A stretch of DNA of 59,178 nucleotides, the filler included. It is 5 parts of 5 records of this genome, joined end to end, with 100 filler letters (N's around TTAATTAATTAA, not from the genome) between each part and the next. Parts side by side here need not be neighbours in the genome. Positions count along the whole stretch, not along the records: positions 22,996 to 35,983 come from SRR2962707_1712; positions 36,084 to 47,465 come from SRR2962707_1715; 3 more parts are not named here. The stretch is one strand, 5' to 3'. The notes beneath the pieces are model-generated. The model ran no database searches and was not told where the DNA came from. It worked only from the letters and a program-made list of their open reading frames with translations. Shown in pieces: positions 30,789 to 40,800 of this stretch. The first letter of the stretch is position 1, and each line of letters starts with the position of its first letter. The translations under genes and the position numbers were made by a program.

Positions 30789-32618
30789 TCAGTTGAAGTT
30801 GGGCAACCCGGTCGCACCGCCCGGGGCAGGGAGACCACCCGGAGCGGGCAAGGCACCGCCATTGGCTGGTTCCGCTGGCTCACCAAAGCTCGGCATAGCC
30901 GGCATGCCGTTGTCCGGCTCACCACCAAGGTTGGGTGCCCCCGGAAGGCTCAGGCCGCCGCCGAGGCTGAGCCCCGACCCGGGCAGACCGAATCCGCCAC
31001 CGCCGATGTTGTTGATTTCCTGGTCGATGTCACTCTGATCCATCATGATCGGATCAGTCTTGTAGTGCGTGACCAGCCCGGGGAAGGCAATCAGAATGCC
31101 CAGCATCACGATCTGAATGATGATGAAGGGCAAGGTCCCGGTATAGATCGCCTTGGTCGAAATCGGTTCAATCATCCGGTCCGTGGTTTCGTCATGCCAG
31201 GCTTTGATTGGGGCGACAGATCTCAGGTAGAAAAGCGCGAACCCGAAGGGCGGCGTCAGAAAGCTGGCCTGCAGGTTGAAGCCCAACAGAACGCCGAACC
31301 AGATCAGGTCAATGCCGAGTTTTTCAGCCACCGGCGCCAGCAGCGGAACCATGATGAAGGCGATCTCGAAGAAGTCGAGAAAGCAGCCCAGTATGAAGAT
31401 CACGATGGAGACGGTGATCAGAAAGCCGATCTCTCCGCCCGGCAGTGCCAGCAGAAGCTCTTCCACCCAACGGTCGCCGGAGATGCCGTAGAATGTGAGG
31501 GCGAACACACGTGCGCCAATCAGGATGAACATCACGAAAGTTGCCAGTTTCGCGGTGGAATCCAACGCCTGCAGGAGCGTTCTCTTGTCCAGCCGGCCCT
31601 TCATGATCGACATGATCAGCGCGCCGGTCGCACCCATCGCGCCGCCTTCCGTGGGCGTTGCGATGCCCAGGAAGATGGTGCCGAGAACGAGGAAGATCAG
31701 TGCCAGTGGCGGGATCAGGACGATAACGACCTGCTCCGCCATTTTTGACAGATAGCCGAGCTGCATCTTGCGGTTGAGAAGAGCAAACCCATAAGGAACA
31801 AGCGTGGCAACCAGGGCGGACCAGACCACCCGTGTTTCATAGCGCAGATGATCGAACACAAAGTAGTCGCAGACGAAGAACAGCGCGATTGCCAGGCCGA
31901 TGATGATGACCAGCGAACGACCGCCGCTGCCCAGTGGGCGGGCTTCCGGCGGGAGAGCAGGTACCCATTGCGGCTTGATCAGTGTAATGGCGAAGATGTA
32001 GGCGCAATACATACCGACGATAATCAAAGCCGGGAAAAACGCGCCGACATACATGTCACCGACGGAGCGGCCGAGCTGGTCGGCCATGACGATGAGGACA
32101 AGCGACGGGGGAATGATCTGCGCCAGCGTTCCGGAGGCGGCGATGGTGCCCGCTGCAAGGCCGGGATGGTAGTTGTAGCGCATCATGATCGGCAATGAGA
32201 TCAAGCCCATTGCGATGACAGAGGCTGCAACAACGCCCGTGGTGGCAGCAAGCAGCGCCCCGACGATGATAACGGCAAACGCCAGACCACCACGCATGGT
32301 GCCAAACAACTGGCCGATAGTGTCGAGCAGATCTTCGGCCATGCGAGAGCGCTCGAGAATCAGCCCCATGAAGGTAAAGAAAGGAATCGCCAGCAGCGTG
32401 TCGTTGCGCATGACATCGAAGACGCGGTTCATGTTGGCCTGTGCCAGCGGCCAGAAAAGCCTGATCTCCGGTGAGATATGGCTCAGTTCAACGCCCGCGA
32501 CAAAGAAGTACATGCCGCCGGCGGCCAGTGTGAAGGCGACCGGATAACCGAGCAGAAGCATCGCCATGACGGTGATGAACATGATCGGCGCAAGATTGTG
32601 GGCAAGGAAATCAAGCAT
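30789..32618 (-). CDS. dctM: TRAP transporter large permease
   Basis: GYPVAFTL, LLAIPFFTFMG, AATTGVVAASV, GTLAQIIPPS, GIATPTEGG, SFLTPPFGFALFYL. Ends in a Gly/Pro-rich tail. Confidence 0.93.
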   Translation of the reverse strand: MLDFLAHNLAPIMFITVMAMLLLGYPVAFTLAAGGMYFFVAGVELSHISPEIRLFWPLAQANMNRVFDVMRNDTLLAIPFFTFMGLILERSRMAEDLLDTIGQLFGTMRGGLAFAVIIVGALLAATTGVVAASVIAMGLISLPIMMRYNYHPGLAAGTIAASGTLAQIIPPSLVLIVMADQLGRSVGDMYVGAFFPALIIVGMYCAYIFAITLIKPQWVPALPPEARPLGSGGRSLVIIIGLAIALFFVCDYFVFDHLRYETRVVWSALVATLVPYGFALLNRKMQLGYLSKMAEQVVIVLIPPLALIFLVLGTIFLGIATPTEGGAMGATGALIMSIMKGRLDKRTLLQALDSTAKLATFVMFILIGARVFALTFYGISGDRWVEELLLALPGGEIGFLITVSIVIFILGCFLDFFEIAFIMVPLLAPVAEKLGIDLIWFGVLLGFNLQASFLTPPFGFALFYLRSVAPIKAWHDETTDRMIEPISTKAIYTGTLPFIIIQIVMLGILIAFPGLVTHYKTDPIMMDQSDIDQEINNIGGGGFGLPGSGLSLGGGLSLPGAPNLGGEPDNGMPAMPSFGEPAEPANGGALPAPGGLPAPGGATGLPNFN

Positions 32619-33195
32619 CGGCGCGACCCTTCATGTCAGAGGCTGCCTCGACTTGCGGCGGCATGGAATGATCATGGCCGACTTCCTCTTCCATCAGACC
32701 CCGAATGATGGCGATGCGCTTGATAATCTCGGAAACAGCCTGGGCTGTGAGCAGAATGAAACCCAGAAGGATGCTTGCCTTGGCTGGCCAGATAATCAGA
32801 CCGCCGGCGTTGCTGGACATTTCTCCGGAATTGAAGGAGCGCCAGAAGAACGGCCAGGCGAGGTAGGTCATCATCAGGCAGAAGGGCATCAGAAACAGCA
32901 AGTGACCACACAGGTCGATCCAGTCGCGTGTGCGCTTGGAAAGGTTGCCGGCGATGACGTCGATGCGAACATGCTCGTTCTTGCGCAGTGTGTAACCGGC
33001 AGCAAGCATGAAAACGGCACCAAACAAATACCACTGAACTTCCAGCCAGGCATTCGACGACATATCAAACATTTTGCGGATGACCGCATTGCCGGCACTG
33101 ATCAGCACAGCCGCCAGCACGAGCCAGGATACATTGCGTCCGACAAACTCATTGATCCGGTCGATGACACGGCTCAATGCCAAAAGACTTCCCAT
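32611..33195 (-). CDS. dctQ: TRAP transporter small permease
   Basis: SNAWLEVQWYLF, YTLRKNEHVRID, GEMSSNAGGL..WPAK. Confidence 0.92.
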   Translation of the reverse strand: MGSLLALSRVIDRINEFVGRNVSWLVLAAVLISAGNAVIRKMFDMSSNAWLEVQWYLFGAVFMLAAGYTLRKNEHVRIDVIAGNLSKRTRDWIDLCGHLLFLMPFCLMMTYLAWPFFWRSFNSGEMSSNAGGLIIWPAKASILLGFILLTAQAVSEIIKRIAIIRGLMEEEVGHDHSMPPQVEAASDMKGRADA

Positions 33196-33426
33196 ATTGA
33201 CCTCCTGGTTATTTCACCTCCCTTTCAAAGGAGTGTGATCAACCACCGTTCCCATTTTGCATCATCCATACCATCTGCATGATGCTGCGCCAGCCCATAT
33301 CAGGAAAAACCCATGAAACGCAACGAGTGGTGCATTTGTTTTACCAGTTAGCTGATCGGCCGGCTGTGGCGTCGGTCGATGAGTGCGGCTATACCCCCTG
33401 CAACGGACAGGAAAAAGAGGTCAAAG

Positions 33427-34197
33427 GTGCAAACGAGCGAGTTATTTGACGTTTCTAACGAGATTGTGCTGGTAACCGGCGGAGGCACCGGGCTGGGGTT
33501 CGCAATGGCGCAGGCATTGGCTTTGAATGGCGCTAAAGTGGCAATTGCGGGCAACGAACCCGCAAGTCTGGAGGCCGCGGCCGCCACGATTTCCGGGCTT
33601 GGCGGCAAAGTGATGGCCGTTGAGTTGGATGTACGTAGCGACGAGGCCATTTTCGCTGTTTTTGACCAGGTCGAGGCGGCGCTCGGGCCGGTCAGCGTGC
33701 TGATCAACAATGCGGGCATTGCCCATCGCGACAAAGCGACCCACCTTGAGCGCGAAACGCTCCGTGAAGTCCTGGCGGTCAACGTCGACAGTGTGTTCAT
33801 GGTCGCGCAGGAGGCTGCTCGCCGCATGATACGCGACGGCCGTGGCGGGTCGATCATTAATATGTCCAGCGTGTTGTCTGAAATTCCAATGCGCCAGGTG
33901 TCGGCCTATGGTGCATCCAAGGCGGCTGTCAGCCAGATTACACGAAGCCTGGCGCTGGAGTGGGCGAAGCACGGAATAAGGGTCAACGAGATCAGGCCGG
34001 GCTGGTTTGAAACCGGTTTGACGGCGCCGTTTCTCAAGGGTCCCGGCGCCGCGGTCATGGCGGGGCAAAACCCGACCGGGCGGCTGGGGGAAGCGCACGA
34101 TCTGGATGGGGTTGTGCTGTTGCTCGCTTCAAAGGCGAGCGCCTTCATGACCGGAAGCTCGATTGTGGTCGACGGTGGCCACTCCGTCGGCCGCTAA
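33427..34197 (+). CDS. Short-chain dehydrogenase/reductase (SDR)
   Basis: VTGGGTGLG, LINNAG, YGASK, IRVNEIRPG, TGSSIVVDGG. GTG start at 33427. Confidence 0.92.
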   Translation: MQTSELFDVSNEIVLVTGGGTGLGFAMAQALALNGAKVAIAGNEPASLEAAAATISGLGGKVMAVELDVRSDEAIFAVFDQVEAALGPVSVLINNAGIAHRDKATHLERETLREVLAVNVDSVFMVAQEAARRMIRDGRGGSIINMSSVLSEIPMRQVSAYGASKAAVSQITRSLALEWAKHGIRVNEIRPGWFETGLTAPFLKGPGAAVMAGQNPTGRLGEAHDLDGVVLLLASKASAFMTGSSIVVDGGHSVGR

Positions 34198-34410
34198 ATC
34201 GGTCGCCGGATATATCGTTGACGACAGATAGTTTCGTTTGCCGAGGGTTGCCAATCATCTGATTGCGCAGTCAGCTGATGCGTATGAATTCGATTGACCG
34301 CAGAGGCGACTGCCCCAAATATCATTGCAAAGGTCACGGATCGGGAGAATGTCCGTGGCTGGATCGGCATCAGCCTCGGGCTCAGCCGAAACAGTTTGAG
34401 GAGACTGTAA

Positions 34411-35983
34411 ATGACAGTGCATGATGTTTCGCTCGACGACAAATTCAACCTGAGCAAGGATCGGATCTTTGTAACCGGGTCACAGGCTGTTGTCCGGATG
34501 CTGATGATGCAGCATGAGCGAGACCGTCTGGCCGGCCTGAACACAGCCGGGTTTGTTTCCGGATATCGGGGGTCGCCGCTCGGTGGTCTGGACCAGCAGA
34601 TCATGCGCGCGCAACGATCCTTGACCGAGCACAACATTGTGTTTCAGCCCGGATTGAATGAGGAGCTTGCTGCGACTGCCTGTTGGGGGACGCAGCAATC
34701 CGGTCTGGACGGAACCGGCAAGTATGATGGCGTTTTTTCGCTGTGGTACGGCAAGGGGCCGGGCGTCGACCGCTCAGGCGACGTGTTTCGCCACGCAAAC
34801 CTCGCGGGATCATCCAAACATGGTGGTGTTCTTGCATTGATGGGGGACGACCATACGGCTGAAAGCTCGACCAACGCGCATCAGACCGAATTCAATTTCA
34901 TCGACACCATGATCCCGATTCTCAATCCGGCCGGTGTGCAGGAGATGATTGATTACGGACTGCATGGTTTTGCAATGTCCCGGTTCGCAGGCACATGGGC
35001 GGCGCTCAAATGCGTCAAGGACAACGTGGAGTCAACGGCGTCGGTGGACGCCGGCCTTGATCGGCTGAAGATCATTCTGCCGGACTTCACCATGCCGCCA
35101 GGCGGGCTCAATATTCGTGCCAATGACCTCGATTTCCTTGGCCAGGAAATGCGTCTGCATGAATTCAAGCGCGATGCGGCCAGCGCCTATATCCGTGCCA
35201 ATGGTCTCAACAGGATCATCTATTCGGGTGGTGCAAATGCCAAGCTCGGCATCCTGACCGTTGGCAAGAATTATCTGGATGTGCGCCAGGCACTCGACGA
35301 TCTGGGTATCGACGAGGCCCGCGCCAACCAGATTGGTGTTAGGCTCTATAAGGTTGCCTGCCCGTGGCCGTTCGATCTTGCTGACATGACCGAGTTTGTC
35401 GATGGCCTCGACATGGTGATCGTCGTTGAAGAGAAACGATCGTTGCTGGAAAGCCAGTTGCGTGAAGCGCTCTATGGAACGGCGCGTCAGCCGGTGGTGG
35501 TCGGCAAGCGCGACGAGCGCGGCGACTGGCTGTTCCCGGTGAAGGGCGCGCTTGATCCCAATGACATTGCCGTTGCGGTGGGCGAGCGTGTGCTCAAGGT
35601 GGTCGGCTATTCGGAAGGTATCGACGCCAAGGTCAAGCGGATCCGCCAGTTCCAGAGCATGTTGGCGAGCGTGTCGGATGTGGCTTCGCGCACGCCTTAT
35701 TTCTGCTCAGGCTGCCCGCACAACTCCTCGACCAAGGTGCCGGAAGGCTCGGTGGCCGCGGCAGGCATAGGATGCCATTTCATGGCGCTGTGGATGGACC
35801 GGGATACCTCCGGTTTCACCCAGATGGGCGGCGAGGGCGCGCAATGGGTGGGGCAGGCACCATTCACCACACGCAAGCATATTTTCCAGAATCTGGGTGA
35901 CGGGACCTATAATCATTCGGGTGTGCTGGCCTTGCGCTTCGCCATCGCATCAGGCGCCAACATCACCTACAAGATCCTCTACA
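34411..35983 (+). CDS. Indolepyruvate ferredoxin oxidoreductase family (fused alpha/beta type), truncated by contig end
   Basis: GFVSGYRGSPLGG, GLNEELAATA, WYGKGPGVDR, RTPYFCSGCPHN, GIGCH, TQMGGEG, NLGDGTYNHSG. Confidence 0.92.
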
Positions 35984-36083
35984 NNNNNNNNNNNNNNNNN
36001 NNNNNNNNNNNNNNNNNNNNNNNNNNNTTAATTAATTAANNNNNNNNNNNNNNNNNNNNNNNNNNNNNNNNNNNNNNNNNNNN
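35984..36083. other. Artificial contig spacer
   Basis: 44 N + TTAATTAATTAA + 44 N. Confidence 0.99.
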
Positions 36084-37825
36084 ACCTATTTGACTATGGT
36101 GTAAATAGAGATTTTAAAAGGCACTTATTATTTGTGTTGTTGTGCTTGGTGCTTTTGGCTTTTGTACTTTTGTTGATGATTTCTTTATTTCAGTATTTAT
36201 TTCAGTATTTCTAAAAAATGTAAAAATAACAAATAAAAATCTAAATCAAAACTGTGTGATTCTACGTACTGTACGTCCCTGCTCCCCGCTTGGTTGCGAA
36301 ACGTTCAAAATCGCAAAAGATGTGTTCATCCCGTACGTTGCGCCTGCATTCTCCGCAGTTTTTCCAAACCCGTCCGGCACCTGAAGGCGCTTTCTCGAGA
36401 GTTTGATTTTCGCAGGTCTCCACGTCTGACTGCCACCTTGATGTCTACAAATGGAAGTTCTCATTTGTGTCGAGTGGTTTACGATATTACCATTCAATGC
36501 CTTTGCCAACGCCAGCGGACACAGAAACAAATCATGTCGTATTCGGGAGCGTACTGAGCCTATTGTTTTTCCTCTTTGTGGGTTAATATTAACTCGAGTA
36601 TTTAGCGATTTGTTGTCGCCGTCAGCCGTTGCTCGTTCAGGGTTGAAGATCTCAGGCGAGTCGGTTGCACTGGCATGCTAAGCCACGTGGCTTACGCCCA
36701 GTTCAAAGGGAGCAAAGCTTCGGCTTGGCACTCAGCTTAATTCATGTTCCTGACCACTCCAGTGCCCCCTCACAACAAGGTTTTCCACACGCAGTCCACA
36801 CGCCGTCCACTGGTCGCTGACTGCTCGATAGACAGACGCACTCTCACCACTGAAGCTGCTGGATGAGCATGATCGTCCTCATTGTTTGGCTGTGCCTCCT
36901 TTTCTCCACAAAGCCAGCGCAAGTTATTCTTCTGCTGGCGCATTGTTGTTGCCTTTGGTGACAATTATTCCCAGAAATAGATTTTTTGGTGTGGTCTATC
37001 TTGATATCGTTATTCGCTCATGAATAACACCTCCGACATACGTGTAGTAATAACTAACAAAATTTTCAATTTGACCATCAACCAACTCCATCACGTCCTG
37101 TAATAGAAGTGAATTTCCTTGCGAGATCCAAATTCTTCCCCCAAAGTAGCACTTCCAGCCCTTCCATCGCCGCTCGAGCCTTGCCCTTCCTCGCTTCGTG
37201 ACTTCACTGCACTGCCCACGCTTTTGGCCCTGGTTGTTGTTGCTTTGCGTTCCACAACGAGACGGCGGAGTCAGCAGAAAGTGCCCATCAAGGAGCAACA
37301 ACGTGCGAGTCATCGAACAAGACGACGACGACACGCAGCCCCGAAAGCCCACATCGAACTGAGCACCTTGGTCGGCGCCACCGATCCACACCCCTCTTCG
37401 GCCGAAAACGACAACCATGACATGACGCGCAGCAGAGCATGGCCACCCTGAAGAGCACTCGTGAAGAGCAACTTTGAGAGGTGGTCTCGCACGATGTTGT
37501 GGGGAGATCGCTCACTTCTGGGGCGTTGCCCACTACAAATTACCAACGCGAACAGCATTGCCAGTGGCGGGTCCAAGAAGCTGCGCTTTGCACCAGGCGC
37601 CCCATGTTACCCATGCTACTTTCACCGCCACCTGCCATTCCATCAACATTATGTGAGTTCATGAAAGAAGCTAAAGTTTCTTTGAGCAGTTTTTAGAGGC
37701 ATCTCTCGTAATCGTGCTTACTTACAGGACCAGCGAACAGGCGTCGACGCGCCGTCCAACGAATTCCTCGGCGTGGTTTAAGCCCTTGGCATGCGCGTCT
37801 GAGCTTCAGTGCAAGTGACACAGAG

Positions 37826-40800
37826 ATGGCGATGGTGCGGTCCACCGCTTTGTGCGCCGTCCTGCTGACCTTGTGGGCACCGCACGTGGAGGCTGGATGC
37901 ACAACTTGTAACTATGGTTACGCAAGTGGGGCGTACTACCCGTTCAGTTTTATCGGGGGCGGGTACGCCAATCTTGCGTACGGTTACGCCAGTACAATTT
38001 CCGGAGGACTCAGCAACTCCATCAGCGCTGCTGGATCATACTCGAATATTTTGGGTGGGAATGACAATTTGATGTACTACTCTGCGCAGAGTTCCATCAA
38101 TGGAGGTAAAATCAACACAATTTACTCCGTCAATTACGGTGGCAAAATCGGCGGCGGCTACTACAACCGCATTTACAACGCTGACTATGCGGCCAGCATT
38201 GGCGGCGGCACGTACAATTACGTTGGTGGCTCGTGGTCGAGCGTCTCTGGTGGCTACAACAACATCATTTACGCTGTATCTTACTCAGGCATCAATGGTG
38301 GGTACGCAAACAGAATTTATGGCTCGTACTCGACGATCGGCGGAGGCCGTTCAAACACTGCGTATGGAACTTGGGGCACCGTTTCTGGCGGCGGATGGAA
38401 CAAGGTGTACACGGCTTCCACTGTGGTTGGCGGAATGTACAATTGGTGTGCCAGCTACAGTTTCATCGGTGGTGGACACAACAATCGCGCCGCGGGCTCG
38501 TGGACGACGATCGGTGGAGGATCCCAAAACACCGCGATTGGATCGTCAGTCTACATTGGTGGGGGATTGTATAACCTTGTGTACTACAGCTCTTACTCGA
38601 CCATTGGTGGAGGCACGTACAACTGGCTGAGCGGGACTTGGGGCACAATTGTCGGTGGATCATATCACTCTGCTGCTGCGCCAGCAACGACGATTTCTGG
38701 AGGATGGACCAACGTTGTGTCCGCCTACGGAGCGACTGTAGTTGGCGGAATGTGGTGCAGTGGTCTTGGAACGTGGTCGTATGTTGGCGGTGGAAGGTAT
38801 AACACTGCTAAAGGAGTTTACAGCACCGTTGGAGGCGGTCAAGACAAGTAAGTTCTGCTCGCCAGCCGGCATGTTTTTTTTCTCTCGGGTTTTTACGCTG
38901 GAATCAATCAGTAGTTTCACACTGCAACCTTCTGCTTGTCGGTTTTGCGTTTGCCTTCCAGCTTCGCTACAAGCTACGCTTCCTCCGTTGCTGGTGGGGA
39001 CTCCAACACAGCCATTGGGAGCTACTCACACATTGGTGGAGGCTATGCTTGCCGAACGTATGCCGATGGTGCCAACGTTCAAGGAGGACACCAAAACACC
39101 GCCCGAAGCTCGTTTGCTACTGTTATGGGTGGACAGTGGAACCGTGCATGGGGGTCGTACGCAACAATTGCTGGCGGTGCCTACGGATTTACATACGGCA
39201 CCGCAGCCACCATCGGTGGTGGCATGTACAACAGTGCATACTCTGCTTACTCAACTGTTGGTGGCGGGGCGTCTAACAAAGTGTTTGCCTCAAGCACATG
39301 GTCAACTATTGCGGGTGGCAATGCCAACAGAATCACCGGAATCGGAAGCACCATTCAGGGTGGCCAGAGCGGCTCTATCCTGGCTACCTATGCAACCATT
39401 GGTGGTGGAAACGACAACACGATCTACGGAGACTTCGGCGTCTTGACTGGCGGATCTTACAACTACGTCATGGGCGATTGGGGCACCATGACGGGAGGTG
39501 GCTACAGCTATCAGTCCGGTGTGGCTGCCACCAACACGGGTGGTGCGTACGTCACAAACACTGGTGACTACGCAACTGTTCAAGGCGGTGAGAGTCACGG
39601 AGTGTACGGCGACTACGCCACGCTTGGAGGGGGTCAGACAAATTACGTCTATGGCTTTGCTGGGGCTGTTGCGGGTGGCGTGTACAACTCTGCCAATGGT
39701 GCGTACAATTCTGTAGGCGCTGGGTGGTACAACAAGGCCTCCGGTGGCTCGTTCAATTCCATCGGAGGTGGTCACAGCCACTACATTGCCGGTGTGTCGT
39801 GGGGCACAATCGTTGGAGGTCAAAGTGGGCGTGTTTACGCGCCCTACGCCACCACTGTAGGTGGTGAAGGAAGCTACGCTGGAGGGTACGGCTCTGTTGT
39901 TGCAGGCGGAATGTACAGCCGAGCCTATGCTTCGTACTCGGCTGTGGGTGGTGGCCAATACAACGTCGCAAGTGGCGCGTACTCCACTGTCGGTGGCGGT
40001 TACTACAACACGGCTGCTGGCACCGCCGGGATCGTTGCCGGCGGTACATACAACCACGCGTACAAATCATTCTCCTTCATTGGGGGAGGGACCAGCACGT
40101 GGGTCTACGGTGCGCTTTCCACCGTTGCAGGAGGTCACAATCACTATCTGTACGCGTACGGTGCCACTGTAGGCGGCGGAATGTACAACACTATTGCAGG
40201 CACCCTGACCGTGATTGATGGAGGATACTACAATACTGCCACTGGCACCTGGGGTGTGATCGGCGGTGGTCAGTACTCTCGTTCAACCGCGAATTTTACA
40301 ACCATTACAGGGGGCAGTTACCATTGGTGCGAGGGAGATTTCTGCACAGTTGCCGGCGGCACATACAATTTCATCTACGGCGACTACTCCACGGTTGCTG
40401 GAGGTCAATCCCACCGCATTTACACAGCATACGGGTCTATTCCTGGTGGGCACAACAGCTATGTCACCGGCTATGCTGGAACTTGTGCCGGAGGAATGTA
40501 CAACACTGCGCGAGGCAGCTACGCAACCACCGGTGGTGGACGTGGAAACCGGGCAAGTGGTGCACATGGAACCACTGTTGGCGGGTGGAACAACTACATC
40601 GCGGGGGACTACAGTACAACCGGTGGCGGTCAAGACCACAGAGTGTACGTCGGCCTAACGACAATCAGTACCGGCCACAATCACTACGTCTATGGATACG
40701 GTGCGAGTATTGTTGGAGGACAGTACAATTCAGCAGACGGCGAGTACTCCACCGTTGCTGGTGGATGGTATGCTCGGGCCATGGGAGCGCTATCAACAGT

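Noticed and set aside
38742-38961. Frameshift or pseudogene between ORFs 37826-38851 and 38936-43546
   Set aside because: A canonical 114-nt GT-AG intron with a pyrimidine tract joins them in frame and restores the repeat register.
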